Below the pieces are notes generated by a model. It made no database searches, had not been told where the DNA came from, and was given only the letters and a program-made list of their open reading frames with translations. DNA of 64,000 nucleotides from Eledone cirrhosa (lineage: Eukaryota). The DNA lies in assembly GCA_964016885.1 (NCBI GenBank), contig OZ024740.1, forward strand, positions 426,374,001 to 426,438,000, given 5' to 3'. Every line of letters starts with the position of its first letter. Position 1 is the first letter of the stretch. Shown here piece by piece: positions 28,689 to 45,531 of the stretch. The translations under genes and the position numbers were made by a program.

Positions 28689-29377
28689 GGAGCAGTAAAG
28701 TTATAAAGTCGATCGTCAAAATGTTGAGTTTCATCGTTTAAAATATAGGATATAGTTATATTTTAGTATGCCTCCATTTTGCCAAATTTAAGTTAATTAT
28801 GTAATATTAATTTTTCTGCATCCATGTTTCTTATTTACTTTGCTCCCAGTTATTTAAGTAATAAATGCATTGAAATAATTTTAGCCAGCGCGAAATATAC
28901 AATTTGTGCATCTCAAAACACCTTTATATTTAAATTTATGATATGGTGTTGTCTCGATACCCTTATAAGAAAAGATTAAGAAAGTGATGTCTCTTAATGT
29001 TTATATAAAGCTGTTCTAGAACATCATAACGTGTGTCACTCTATATAATTATTCGAATTGCTAAAAATAATAGACGAATCTCCGAAAAAGCGCTCTCTTG
29101 TAAAATAAAACAAAGAATCTACTTCGATTAAAGCCCTGATTATGAATCACTAACAAGTTATAATATGACTAAAACATATCTGCAATTATCACTATATCTA
29201 CAAAATATGAATGAAATAGAAACGAGGATTTTTCTGATCATGAGTAAAAAATCAGTTGATTAAAAATTATATTAAATTCGAAACATTAAGTATTTTCACC
29301 TAGTATTTAATATATGCCCATAATGAATAAGAACTCCTTATTGTACAGTAAATTGTACAGAATTATTTTATAATATA

Positions 29378-29572
29378 GGGCGGTGGATTGGCAGAATCGG
29401 TAGAGCGTCAGACACAATGCTTTGCTGTATAGAGTTATGGCCATTTACGTTCTGAGTTCAAATCCTGCCGAGGTTAACTATGCTTTTCGTCCTTACGGGG
29501 TCGATAAAATAAAGTACCAGTAATGCACTGGGATAATTGCTGGCATTGTGCCAAAAGTAGAAACAATTATTT
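29378..29572 (+). mobile_element. Full-length tRNA-derived SINE (resembles Octopus SINE families)
   Basis: A-box TGGCAGAATCGG; B-box GAGTTCAAATCC; core TCCTTACGGGGTCGATAAAATAAAGTACCAG; ~17-bp TSD with 1 mismatch (29361-29377 / 29565-29581). Confidence 0.9.
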
Positions 29573-30399
29573 GATAATATAACCTTAGTTATATTTACAA
29601 ACATTGGTACAAGCCTACACATTTTTCCTATCGACATTTTTATATAATTGGTACACTATTTCGTCAACGGTAGCTGAATAAAATCTAAAATCAATGTCCG
29701 GTGGGATTTGAACACAGAACCAGAAGAGAAGCATCTAAAAGAAAACTGTTCGATGTTCTTCCAATGCTACAAATCGAGTATTTACGGTCACAGAGAAATA
29801 CACTAAGATGACAAAACTCGAATAAATGTTATTATAAATCTACATGAAGGATAACTTGGAGTTAAACAAGAATGCACTGCAACATTTTTCGCCTTCTTTC
29901 ATTTATAGTTTCACAACTTTCTACGTAGGAAGCCCAATTCTGTTGACCTTCATGAATACTTAGGTTGGGAGAGCTATACTAATTTCTTTTGCTGTGTTCT
30001 GTACTCAGCCCATGAAATAAATCTATTCAGTATCGTGACCTCCATCACTGGACCTGCTTTATACAAGAATACATGCAGGTATGTATATGTATTAGGTATG
30101 TTTATAGATATACACCTATTTATATAAACATCCGTACACATGCACTAACACCAGTCTGTGTCTATGAGTGTCTGCGTGTGTGTATATGAGTATGTGTGTG
30201 TAAAGAGTAAGAGAAAAAGAGAGAGAAAGTGAATTTTAACGAATCCGTATGTAGATATATATTCAAGCATGCGTATATATTATCTTTCAACTAACTCTAC
30301 ATGCATATGTCCAGACGACAATATTTTTGTATGTGCAACTATATTTTCCACTCTAACAGACACTCTAGAACAAACACACACTCACACAAATATGTTCTA

Positions 30400-32080
<1,681 letters not shown>

Positions 32081-32214
32081 GAGTTACAGAGAAGAAGGTT
32101 GAGAGATATCAATATGTAGAAAGTATTGAAATAGTTTGAAAAAATATAACAATATATACCATTGTGTAACCTAACCTCTAAATCATTTGATTCAGTTATT
32201 CTAGCGCTAAAGTT

Positions 32215-32660
32215 CACATATATATAGTACAATATAACGTATATTCCACATATTACCATATTACACATATATAGTATAATATAACCTATATTACACACCC
32301 ATATTCCACATATATAGTACAATATAACCTATATTACACACCCATATTACACATATTACCATATTACACATATATAGTACAACATAACCTATATTACACA
32401 CCCATATTACACATATATAGTATAATATAACCTATATTACACACCCATATTACACATATATAGTATAATATAACCTATATTACACACCCATATTACACAT
32501 ATATAGTACAATATAACCTATATTACACACCCAAAACACAAGTATTAAATATATAATATAACATATATTATACACGTAATACATGTATTAAATATATAAT
32601 ATAACATATATTATAACCGTAATACATGTATTAAATATATAATTTAACATATATTACACA
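32215..32660. repeat. Two adjacent AT-rich minisatellites of ~42-60 bp
   Basis: Repeated CACATATATAGTACAATATAACCTATATTACACACCCATATT, then three GTATTAAATATATAATATAACATATATTA units. Confidence 0.85.
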
Positions 32661-32848
32661 GCAGTGATTATAAAACAAATATTATTTCGATGTAGCTGTT
32701 ATAAACTGTATGATATCTATCATGTGAAGTTATAATAAAACAAACCATGTATCTTTTTTACAATAAATATATATTGTTGAATTACCATTAAATGTAAGTA
32801 TTGTTATATTGTTATAAAAATAACACATTAGTTAACAATACCCAATAC

Positions 32849-33285
<437 letters not shown>

Positions 33286-33540
33286 GCAATGCATCTTTAC
33301 ATGCACATATGGGAAGGAAACATTTACCAAACATAATCTGAAATTCGTATATCAGAAAAATAACGTGACGGCCTCGGCCTGAATCCCTTTGATGACAGCT
33401 CTTCTCAATCAACGTAAACTATATGGTGAACAATATAGTTGCTTCAAATTCTTGATGTTTTGCCGTTGGGGCAGGTGCGGAAATAGAGTAAAAGTTTCAA
33501 AATTCATCAAGAGTAACATTAGCCGCTTCTACCACCCCCA

Positions 33541-33680
33541 ACAACTGTGAAAAAAAAAAGGAAGCTGAGATGGTATGGCAACATAACACAATGCTGTATC
33601 CTTGCAAAGACCATTCTATGAATAACTTTGGAGTTGAGGAACGGAAGAGACGTCCAGAATTAAGATACATAAAAAAAGGG
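33541..33680 (+). pseudogene. Decayed 3' end of an RTE-like LINE ORF
   Basis: Translates as KRKLRWYGNIT..ILAKTIL*, resembling the RTE C-terminal RKLRWxGHI...LAKTILQG...RGRP motif. Confidence 0.55.
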
Positions 33681-34194
33681 AGACTGAACAGGTAACTCCA
33701 AGTTCTGGCCCACAGCGGAGATAGCGGAGAAGAACATTGAAATACAACATGTCATGGCAACACTCCTCCGATTTTTTTCAGGAATTGGGGGTTCAAACAA
33801 GCAAGTCCATTACAATATTTGTAAAATATACTTAAATCGATAAAGTAAGCCTTTGATCTCTAAATAGATTTTTAGCGTCAGTCATTATCATTCTGTCGTC
33901 CGTTTGAATATAATAATTTCATTTCCTATAACAGCAGAAGTTACAAATATATGAATAAAGAAATAATAATGAAAATATAATAAAGAAGACAGAGTCTAGA
34001 AAATAGAAGAAGGACGAGATGTGAAAGGAGGAAGGAGAGGAAGATAAGATGGTGGAAAGATGTAAGAACGGTTGAGGTTTATTTGAAAAGTGTATTTGAC
34101 ACATATAACTAATCAAATTCCAATCATAGTTATTTTCTTGATTGGCAAATATCTCACAGCGTTAGAGTGGAACCAATAGTAATAGTTGCAAATA

Positions 34195-34257
<63 letters not shown>

Positions 34258-34272
34258 CAGCAGTAGTAGTAG
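34195..34272. repeat. (TAG)n microsatellite
   Basis: Directly visible. Confidence 0.95.
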
Positions 34273-34354
34273 GAGTAATCACTAAAGCGTGAGACCTTAG
34301 AGAACAAAACTCGGGTGAATAACTGGACGGCATTTCACTCCTCTACTCCACCCC

Positions 34355-34860
34355 ACCACACCTCACAGTTTGCACCCCTTCTATTTTCTCCCACCTCCCA
34401 CCACACCTCACAGTTTGCACCCCTTCTATTTTTTCCCACCTCCCACCACATCTCACAGTTTGCACCCCTTCTATTTTCTCCCAACTCCCACCACATCTCA
34501 CAGTTTGCACCCCCTTCTATTTTCTCCCACCTCCCACCACATCTCACAGTTTGCACCCCTTCTATTTTCTCCCATCTCCCACCACATCTCACAGTTTGCA
34601 CCCCATCTATTTTCTCCCACCTCCCACCACATCTCACAGTTTGCACCCCATCTATTTCCTCCCACCTCCCACCACATCTCACAGTTTGCACCCCCTTCTA
34701 TTTTCTCCCACCTCCCACCACACCTCAGAGTTTGCACCCCTTCCATTTTCTCCCACCTCCCACCACACCTCGCAGTTTGTACCCCTTCCATTTTCTCCCT
34801 CCTCCCACCACACCTCACAGTTTGCACCCCTTCCATTTTCTCCCCCCTCCCACCGCACCT
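34355..34860. repeat. 45-bp minisatellite, ~11 copies
   Basis: Unit ACCACACCTCACAGTTTGCACCCCTTCTATTTTCTCCCACCTCCC (starts at 34355, 34400, ...). Confidence 0.95.
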
Positions 34861-35312
34861 CCGAGAAGGATTTATAAATTGTGTAAAGAACATTACATTA
34901 AGAATATAGAAGTGTTATTAGTGATGTGAAGACGGAGTAGTTTGTGGTGTTGGTGCGAGATAAAGAAGTGGCTCATTTCTTGACGTTGGTCTCATAAAAA
35001 CTTGTGAGAACGTTCGTTCTTTACATGTCAATCTGCCTCAGTGTCAACGACGTGAAGAACTTTCGTCTAATACTAAAACAACCTGCTTACCAACCTTTTC
35101 ACTTGTCAGCTTCACTGAATGTCAAACTGAGCTTCAAAACACACACAAGCACACATAGACACACACATATACACCGACACACACACACATAGTCACACCG
35201 ACACACACACAAGCACACACAGACAGACACTGACACACACCCACACACACAGACACCGACACACACACACACAAGCACACAGACACGCACACAAGCACAC
35301 ACACGGACACAA

Positions 35313-35357
<45 letters not shown>

Positions 35358-36029
35358 CATAAATGCACACAAACTCGGAGCCAAACCTCACACCAGCGCT
35401 TCCCGTCACAACATACACACACAGACGCAGCTACTCATATATAAACAAACATACACACACACAAACATATATATATATATATATATAAATATATATTTAT
35501 ATATGCAATGGATCATCACACACATATACATACAAACCTGCATACTTACGGAGACACGCTCGGGCGTGAGCTTAAACATACACTCACGCACAATCACACA
35601 CACATAAAATAACATACAATCACATGCAGATACATACTGATATAAACAAATTATACAAGCATACATATACACTCGATTAGATACAATACCTCACACGAGT
35701 ATAGATAAGAATTTGCACTTGTGAACACAGAAGACACATACATACACTTGCGTGCATACACACCACAGAGAAAGTTCCGTTCCACGCGACTCATGCATGT
35801 GAAATACTCATGCATACCCACAGTGTCATGGAAAGGAATTCATATAAATACATACTCGCTTTTTAGAATTCACAGATACATTGACTACGTGAGTGCATAC
35901 ACACACACATATATAGAAACAGGCGTGCGCACACACACATTCATGGTGAACCAACAGTAACTTGACGTTACAATCCTTAAACAATATATATGTATCGGAG
36001 GGGAAAGTCCTAGGTACAAGTCTGGGCAA

Positions 36030-36284
36030 GGTGTTTTGTGGAAGACCAGCAGTCACCCGTGTATACCAGTCTCCCCTCTCCATGTCGCCGATGTTGTCCA
36101 AGGAAAAGGCAAATGCCGAAACAGCTTGGCACCAGTGACGCCGCGACTCATTTCTACAGGTGAACTAGAGAACGTGAAATAAAGCATCTTGCTCAAGAAG
36201 ACAACGCAAAGCCCAGTCCGAGAATCGAACTCACAACCTCACAACTGTAATCCCGACGCTCTGAGCACTAAGCCATGCATCTTC
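36030..36284 (-). mobile_element. Second tRNA-derived SINE family with a CORE-like segment
   Basis: Minus strand: A-box TGGCTTAGTGC, B-box GAGTTCGATTC, then TTCTTGAGCAAGATGCTTTATTTCAC. Confidence 0.75.
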
Positions 36285-36800
36285 AGGCAAATTCTTGGTA
36301 CACCGAAACACCCAATTAACTACAGCAATAGTTTCGATGTTTAAATGGTGCCAAGAATTTAGAGCTGTGGCCTGCATATAAATATATGTTACGGCGTCCG
36401 GCGAATCTGCGACTGTGAAGTGTCACCACTTCTGTAGTTTCGTCAACTAAAGGGATGTAACAAAGGTGAGAGCAGTCACCTTTCTACAGTCACGTGTACT
36501 AATGTTTTATATTGGGGCGTTATCATTGCAGTGGGGAGGGGTACTGGTCTTACATTTTCTTGCTTGATTAAAGTGTCTTCTAGTTGTGGTGGTGGTGTGG
36601 TGGGGAGACATGCAGAAATGATTATGAGGATATGTAGGTACTCAATACGTTGGCAAAATATATGAATATTCATTTTATTATAAAAGTGATATCTACAGGA
36701 GTAGAAATCGTCAGAAATCGTCAGAAATTTCCTGATGATTTCTGACGAAAGAAACAATTCTTGTCATGTAGAAGTTATTTCCATATGTATTTATATTATG

Positions 36801-36837
<37 letters not shown>

Positions 36838-36860
36838 CTATATCTATATATATATATATA

Positions 36861-36911
<51 letters not shown>

Positions 36912-36916
<5 letters not shown>

Positions 36917-37208
36917 TACTTTGGGAGGGACATGTTGCCAATAAGAAACACACGCACCAGTTGTTTTCACTCCAATTTATTATAAATTAAAAAAAAAAAA
37001 TGTTTAATCTATAAATTTCCGGTTGGTTGGTTGGTTGGTTCCACAAAAAAATTTTTTTTTGAAAAACCTTTTTAATTTATAATAAATTGGAGTGAAAGCA
37101 ACTGGTGCGTGTGTTTCTTATTGGCAACATGACCCTCCCAAAGTATAACAATATCGGTTTCAACACACGTTTTCAGATAAAGAATCTTGCTAAACAAATT
37201 CAGAAACG

Positions 37209-37210
<2 letters not shown>
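36912..37210. mobile_element. TA-embedded fold-back element
   Basis: Inverted arms ~36912-36992 and ~37071-37149; shares the ATGACCCTCCC..AGTATAACAATAT end with the 25285 and 38100 fragments; only a degenerate HHR-like motif on the minus strand (~37150-37180). Confidence 0.7.
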
Positions 37211-37258
<48 letters not shown>

Positions 37259-37261
<3 letters not shown>

Positions 37262-37900
37262 TAAAATTAGTCCATCAGTGATCTTCCAACTTTCATTCGT
37301 ATTTCAACCTCTGGTTGGTGCGAGCAATAACAAATAAAGTTATTGGGACAAGTAAAATAGGGTGAAACGAGCGAGACATGTAAACAAACAACGATGCTAT
37401 GGCAACGAAAAGAGGAAGAGACAAGCACATGGAATCTGTAAGCTTAAGCTTGGTGAATTCATGGACGAGAGATACAGACCATCCGACATGGGTGAGATGT
37501 GAGCGAGAAAAGGATTTCACACAGTTCAAACGGGAGGAAGTGAGAGAGGGGTGAGAAGCAGAGAGTGAGTGAGTGGAAGTGTGAGGAAGAGACCGGCCGA
37601 GAGAGAGTGTGACTGGCAGAGGGGGTAAAAAGAGGAGAGAGATACAGAGAGAGGGGGAAGCAGTAAAGAAGAAACAGACAATCGCAGCTGAGGAAAAAAT
37701 ATAAATATGAGAAAAATCGAGCGCTGCGTGGTTGCACATGGGTTACATATCAATAAAATTAGTCCTTCATCAGTGATCTTCCAACCTTCATTGGTATTTC
37801 ATCGCTTTAAAAATCATATACCTCTGGTTGATGCGAGCAATAACAAATAAAGTTATTGGGACAAGTAAAATAGGGTGAAACGAGCGAGACATGTAAACAT
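37259..37900. mobile_element. TA-flanked element with ~130-150 bp terminal direct repeats
   Basis: 37259-37386 is repeated at 37752-37898 with small indels. Confidence 0.7.
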
Positions 37901-38255
37901 ATATATAGAAAGGATAAAAAGGACGATTGATTATTCCTTCATTGCATTTATTGATAGGAGACGCGCGTTTCGCCACTGATCAGCTCAAGGTTCGATCTAT
38001 ATCGATCCGACCCGACTCAATAATCCGCAGCTCGACGGACCCTCTTAAAATGCTATATATATATTTGTTTTGCGAGGTTTTTGATATGAAATCGTGTGTC
38101 GAAACAAATATTGTTATACTTGGGGAGGGTCATATTTGTGTAATATTGCCAGAAATAATAACAGAACACACTCACTGTTTGGTTGGTTTTCGCTTCTGTA
38201 TCATTTATATCTCCACAGTTAATTCATTCGATCCTCAATGTTTACCATTGACTGA

Positions 38256-38668
<413 letters not shown>

Positions 38669-39949
38669 GATTCTGCAGTTTCCGTCAACCATATTTCTAT
38701 TTCACTCTTATGCATTGTTCAACCTAATATAATAGAAGTTACTTGTTATAGACTTCAGAACCTCATGAACATTATATAAGTACTGCTTTCATACCCAGCT
38801 AAATAATTACAATTAACGGCCATTAAGGTAATGTCTCATTTCGTTTGTATCGATATTTCTACAATATTTCCCTTTATAACAAATAGAATCAACAAAGCTA
38901 TGCAATAGGCAGACATGTAGAATATTTAAACAGTCAGTTATAAACTGTCTAATGCAACCATAGTAACACCTATGTTAATCTTAACATATGTAAGACACGT
39001 ATTATTGAAAAACATAACTATGTATAATTTCATATTAACAATAATAATTATATTTTAAGATATGAGTTAATTAATATAATGTGGAAAGAATAGATAAAAC
39101 CCCTTTCGCCTAATGAGAGAAGAGACCCTGTCGAGCTAAAGCGAAGATTCTTGGAGAAAAGACAATTAGACGGCTTTAGCGTCGGTGGCCAATATGAATG
39201 GCTGATAATGAAAGGACAGAAAGTATGGAAGGCTGGTGGAAAGAGAAGATATTCGAGTTTAGAGAAAAACAAATATATTAAAGAAGAGAAGAACGTCACT
39301 GGCATCGAAAGTCGAAATTAACATAGTTAGAAAATATGAAAAACAAGTCAGAAAGTATGGAAGTCAAAAAAGGTAGTTTTATGGTCACAGTTAAAATTAG
39401 TGAGTCAAGGAATTCGAGACGAAAATGTATGACAAATGAAAAGCAGGACAAAACGCAAACTAACGTTACACTCTTCAGCTACTAACTTATTTAGGATGTC
39501 ACTTGCTCTTTCAATGGCATGAGTACGACATCTCTACCACAATTTCACCACAACTCACCAGTCACTGTAAGAAAATAGTGTGAACAAAGAAAAATGTATA
39601 TATGAGGAAAAAGTGAAGAAACGAACAGATGACCCCACAAAATCACGTATTGTACAGATATATAATGAAAAAAAAAATGATTTTTTATATACTTGAAGAC
39701 ACATCACAGATAGTGCAGAGAAAATGTTTATAGAGTAGGCCTGAGGTAATGTGGTCAATCATATATTGTCGTTAGACGTAGAAAAAATATATAAAGGTAA
39801 TAATGCTGTAGGAATAAGGCCAATTTGTCCGAAGAAAGAAAAAAAACCTAAATTCTGCTACATCAAAGGCATGTGAAGATATGGACAAGATATCACCACT
39901 AGTTCAGTAGCCGAAATTAAGGGGACATAATTGATAATTATTATTTGAA

Positions 39950-40110
39950 CGGATGCCATGCTTTCCAGCATAGTTACGTCCCTTTACGATCTGAGTTCAA
40001 ATCTCGCCGAGGTTGACTTTGCCTTTCATCCTTACGGGGTCGATAAAATAAAGTACCAGTAATGCACTGGGTAATTGCTGGCCTTGTGCCTAAAGTAGAA
40101 GCAATTATTT
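39950..40110 (+). mobile_element. 5'-truncated SINE (29378 family)
   Basis: B-box and core match the family; TSD ATTATTTGAA at 39940-39949 / 40104-40113. Confidence 0.88.
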
Positions 40111-40537
40111 GAAAGTGCGGGTCACTGTTTTTATTTTGGTTGTTGAGATCTGATGAAAACCTTTATTTTATATTATGTGATTAAGTATCTAAGAAGCCGC
40201 CTGACAAAATATTATCCTACGGGCCTTACCTTTTTTTTTAAGAGAGTAAGATATAATTTCAGCGGAATTTAACTGCTATTTCTTTGTGATTCAGATACTA
40301 GGTAAAGATTTCTAAGGTGGTGTTTATTTTTAAATTATTCAGTGCCGTGTTAACCCTAATTAAACATGCAATACATGTTTTTGAGGAGGTGAAAGAAGAT
40401 ATTTGCGATAATTTTAGACGTGTCTTTTACTTTTTAAGTTAGTAAATTATGCGACTATGTCTAGCTAGGTAAACATTTTATGTTCTTTATGTGTGTATGT
40501 AGAGAGATTTCCTAAATTTATTAGTTTTTGTATCAGT

Positions 40538-40576
<39 letters not shown>

Positions 40577-40622
40577 GTAATAATAAATAGAAAGACCAAA
40601 ATCCGAGGAGGGCACGATAGGG

Positions 40623-40681
<59 letters not shown>

Positions 40682-40713
40682 ATCCATCCATACATACATA
40701 CATACATATATAT

Positions 40714-40765
<52 letters not shown>

Positions 40766-40893
40766 ATACATACATACATACATATATATATAGTGAAAGA
40801 TTGAAGAGTAACATGTGGTGGGCTGTACAAGAGGGGGCTTTATTTCAGGTATTAACCTCTAACTGGATTACCTATAACGATAACTTGTTATCG

Positions 40894-40959
<66 letters not shown>

Positions 40960-41139
40960 AAAGTGAGTTACAAACGAAACGAAATTTAATTTCTTTTCGT
41001 TATTTGTTTTTATCGTCTCCGCTGAACCGGTGCGTACTCACACTCTATGCAAATTAGTCTGCCCACTACTAATTTTCATAGAAAAAGCATATAACGATAT
41101 GTGCTTTTACAATTCTCCAGAAAGGCCGGTAGATAGGTA

Positions 41140-41184
41140 AATATTGCTGATGAGTTGTAACAACAACGAAACTAGTTCAATATT
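41140..41184 (+). ncRNA. Hammerhead ribozyme, canonical core (unit 1)
   Basis: AATATTG-CTGATGA-GTTGT-AACA-ACAAC-GAAAC-TA-GTT-CAATATT; helix I extended by ATTCTCCAGAAAG/CTTTCTGGAGAAT. Confidence 0.92.
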
Positions 41185-41606
41185 CCTTGTCTGGCTTTCT
41201 GGAGAATAGGGGGAAGGTGTTCCCCCCCAAACCAGTATGACTCTAAAAACCGGTTTGTCTGTGTGTTTACATACAGAATAGCTGGGCCGCTCACTGTAAA
41301 GCGACCAGTGAAAGACTTGGTACACCTACATATGTATACGTGTGTGTATTCATATACACACTAGTATTTCAGTATGCATATGTAGATGTACATTTTTAAC
41401 TTAATTGTTTAAGCGTCAGTCATACAAAAGTGAGTTACAAACGAAACGAAATTTAATTTCGTTTCGTTATTTGTTTTTATCGTCTCCGCTGAACCGGTGC
41501 GTACTCACACTCTATGCAAATTAGTCTGCCCACTACTAATTTTCATAGAAAAAGCATATAACGATATGTGCTTTTACAATTCTCCAGAAAGGCCGGTAGA
41601 TAGGTA

Positions 41607-41651
41607 AATATTGCTGATGAGTTGTAACAACAACGAAACTAGTTCAATATT
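41607..41651 (+). ncRNA. Hammerhead ribozyme (unit 2)
   Basis: Identical to 41140-41184, 467 bp downstream. Confidence 0.92.
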
Positions 41652-41940
41652 CCTTGTCTGGCTTTCTGGAGAATAGGGGGAAGGTGTTCCCCCCAAAACC
41701 AGTATGACTCTAAAAACCGGTTTGTCTGTGTGTTTACATACAGAATAGCTGGGCCGCTCACTGTAAAGCGACCAGTGAAAGACTTGGTGCACCTACATAT
41801 GTATACGTGTGTGTATTCATATACACACTAGTATTTCAGTATGCATATGTAGATGTACATTTTTAACTTAATTGTTTAAGCGTCAGTCATACAAAAGTGA
41901 GTTACAAACGAAACGAAATTTAATTTCGTTTCGTTATTTG

Positions 41941-42003
<63 letters not shown>

Positions 42004-42173
42004 TTGTGCGTGTGTGTATAAATTATATATAAATCCGTAGAGCAAATATTTATTGTTAGTAAAGACTAAAGTTTAAGGAAATAATTTTAGTTTTCAGCCT
42101 AAATGAATCACGTATAGAGTGAAAGCAGAAATTATTTTCTTAAACTTTAATCTGTACTAACAGTATATATGTA

Positions 42174-42256
<83 letters not shown>

Positions 42257-42466
42257 CTAATAGCGATGCTCCGGCAAAATTTCAGTTCACTCAACAAACA
42301 TTAGGAAATACCTGAGTATATTCCTAATTAAACGTTCGGGGTGCTAACTAATTGTATTGTGTGGCAAATTGGCTATCATTTCATATGAGATATATAATAT
42401 ATCTCTTCCCATTATTATTACATATATATATATGCGTGTTTATGTTTTTTATATATATATATATAT

Positions 42467-42663
42467 CCAGGGAGTGTAACTTGGAGTTACTGTAGGTTCA
42501 GCCGAGGTGTAGAGCTAGACAGAGTGTATTGTAAGGCGTCTGACGAGACACAGAGCCGGGATAGATCGATACAGATCGAACCTTAAGCTGATCAGTGGCG
42601 AAACGTGCATCGCCAACCATTAATCGTAATGAAGGAGTAACCACTATTCTTTGTTATTTTATT

Positions 42664-42670
<7 letters not shown>
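42467..42670 (+). mobile_element. TA-embedded fragment with a degenerate long-stem-II HHR (42534-42614)
   Basis: CTGACGA-GACAC...GTGGC-GAAAC-GTGC-ATC; homologous fragment on the minus strand at ~37905-38015 reads GTGGCGAAACGCGCGTC. Confidence 0.55.
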
Positions 42671-42729
<59 letters not shown>

Positions 42730-42735
<6 letters not shown>

Positions 42736-43175
42736 TTGGGGCTCTGAAATAGCAATATATATATGGATGTATATATAATGTATTTTGCAATACATTTTAT
42801 GCTTAATCAAAAGCATTTTGAAGACCGTAAGCTATTGTTTTAAAGTAGTGACAAATTCTGAGATCAAAGTGAGTGAATTTGTCACTCCAATTCTAATTTT
42901 TTATTTCTGTCTGACCAACAACCGCTCTGCATAATCAGCTCCTGATTATTTACTAGATTTCTATAAGAATATAACATCAATGATCTCAGTAAACAGGTGG
43001 GGGTAGTTGGCCTTGATAAGCTTCAACCAAAGCGAAACAAGACTTGTCGGCTTATCTCCCCTGTTTGCTGAGATCAAAGTGAGTGAATTTGTCACTACTT
43101 TAAAACAATAGCTTACGGTCTTCAAAATGCTTTTAATTAAGCATAAAGTGTATTGCAAAATACATTATATATATA
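42730..43175 (+). mobile_element. Fold-back HHR element inside (TA)n (32951 family)
   Basis: Arms ~42772-42856 and ~43086-43172; TA tracts on both sides. Confidence 0.8.
43009..43052 (+). ncRNA. Hammerhead ribozyme, U3-A8 variant
   Basis: GGCC-TTGATAA-GCTT-CAACCA-AAGC-GAAAC-AAGACTT-GTC-GGCT; extended helix 42981-42997 / 43060-43076. Confidence 0.85.
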
Positions 43176-43191
43176 TATATACATATATATA

Positions 43192-43231
<40 letters not shown>

Positions 43232-43233
<2 letters not shown>

Positions 43234-43693
43234 AATTAAAATACTAGAGTGTGTTGGAGTTAAACACCCTCTTCGTATTATAGAAATGACAGTAAAGGTA
43301 TAGCTCAATGTAATTAAACAGAGCCGAAGAATTATGAAAATAAACAAAAGAAGCCTTCAATACATCAAAAATCTTTATTAGCCAACAATGTTTCGTCTTA
43401 TTAAGGACTCATCAGGGCAATTAAAGCTATAAGAAGCACTATCGGCCAATACAAGCCAAAAACTCAGAAGAATATGGAGTGTACATACATTAAAGCATAG
43501 GAAAATTATCGGGTAAAAATTTCCTATGCTTTAATGTATGTACACTCCATATTCTTCTGAGTTTTTGGCTTGTATTGGCCGATAGTGCTTCTTATAGCTT
43601 TAATTGCACTGATGAGTCCTTAGTAGGACGAAACATTGTTGGCTAACAAAGATTTTTGATGTATTGAAGGCTTCTTTGGTTTATTTTCATAAA
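43232..43693. mobile_element. Fold-back element with ~170-bp arms and an HHR in each arm (43381-43418 minus, 43606-43643 plus)
   Basis: Consensus GCC-CTGATGA-GTCCT-TA(A/G)T-AGGAC-GAAAC-ATT-GTT-GGC; each arm has one disrupting substitution. Confidence 0.85.
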
Positions 43694-43719
43694 TATATAT
43701 ATATATATATTTATTTATT

Positions 43720-43949
<230 letters not shown>

Positions 43950-45051
43950 GTTGGAGAGGCGGGCTTTTGTTTATCTCAGGGGCGGTTATATACAGCGGAT
44001 ATTTTATTTTCGTGTGTGATTGCTTGTTTGAGTGTGTAGGTATGTCTCCCCCTCTCTATCCATCTATATACCCCCCCCCTCTCTGTGCATGAGAATGATC
44101 ATCCATAATTGTGCAATATATTTAGACTTTCGAACCTTTCATATTTCGTCTCTTCAGTTTAATATTTGTCTTGCTTTCTTAAAACATCTCAAATGTCTTT
44201 TTCCCAGTTCCGACATAACCTTGAGTCTCCCATGAAACATTGTTAGGGCATTCTATTATTTATTTAGTTATTTGTTTGTGTTTATTTATTTCCATGTGCA
44301 GCTGAACTTGCAGTAGCAATACTATCACTCTGCAGACTCATCAAAATATCTAACTTAATTTTCAGGAAATTATTCATAACACACGACTACATCTGAATCT
44401 ATCGAAAGCCATCAATTTCTGTCGATTTAGAAGAAAATCCTGCAAGGACTACCAGCGTCTATCAGGCTGGAACTTTCATTCTGAAATATGAGTTCTATGT
44501 TCGGGGAATAACTTTTTTGGTTAATTTTTACTGTTTGTTTTTTTTTTGTTTGCTATTGTTGCATACACTAACTGCTAAATTTACGACCAAAATATAACAA
44601 TTTGCATTCTTCAATGCAACAGCAAGAAAACAAATGAACGAAACAAAAGTCAGAAAAAACGAAAAGAAGAGAAATAAGAAAAAAAACCCCCAAAAAAACC
44701 GGAACGAAAAAAATAAACGAAACGAAGACGAAAAAAAAAAACGAGAGATAAATAAAGAAAACGATGAAAACATGTTGTCTCTTTATGTGGATAAAAGAGT
44801 TATAAAAGAATATATAGGGGTTAACCCTATTATTGTGTAGAAAGAAATCTAATCATACATTGATCGATGTAGAGACAGATATGAAAAATCACATAGCCAC
44901 ATGTTTCCTACGACTATATAGATTTACATTTAACATGTACATATGTTAGAAAATATACATGTGTGCACGCACCTGCACACACCTGCACGCAAACATACAT
45001 ACATACATACACACAAATATATATATAGATGTATACATATACTTATATATA

Positions 45052-45095
<44 letters not shown>

Positions 45096-45165
45096 CTATA
45101 TCTAGAGAGAGAGACGTATACATATATATATATATACATATATACATACATACGTATATATTTAC

Positions 45166-45352
<187 letters not shown>

Positions 45353-45531
45353 AATTTGTATATATATATATGTGTATGTATATATGTGTATATATATATA
45401 ATAAATATATATGTGTGTGTGTGTGTGTGTATGCTTACCTCCACATACAAGCAAGTATGTGAGTGGTCTAGAAAGATAAAGACGTAGCTATTGAGAAAGA
45501 GAATAACATTCTATATAGCCGGGAGAGGGTG

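Larger units (their letters stand above)
40955..41947 (+). mobile_element. Retrozyme-like tandem array: ~2.1 copies of a 467-bp non-coding unit inside (TA)n
   Basis: Near-identical units starting at ~40955, 41422 and 41889; one HHR per full unit. Confidence 0.85.

Noticed and set aside
29378-29470. tRNA gene
   Set aside because: The A/B boxes belong to a multi-copy SINE head with core, tail and TSD; no cloverleaf is evident.
34315-34929. Repetitive proteins of 108-204 aa
   Set aside because: Open frames through a 45-bp minisatellite on both strands.
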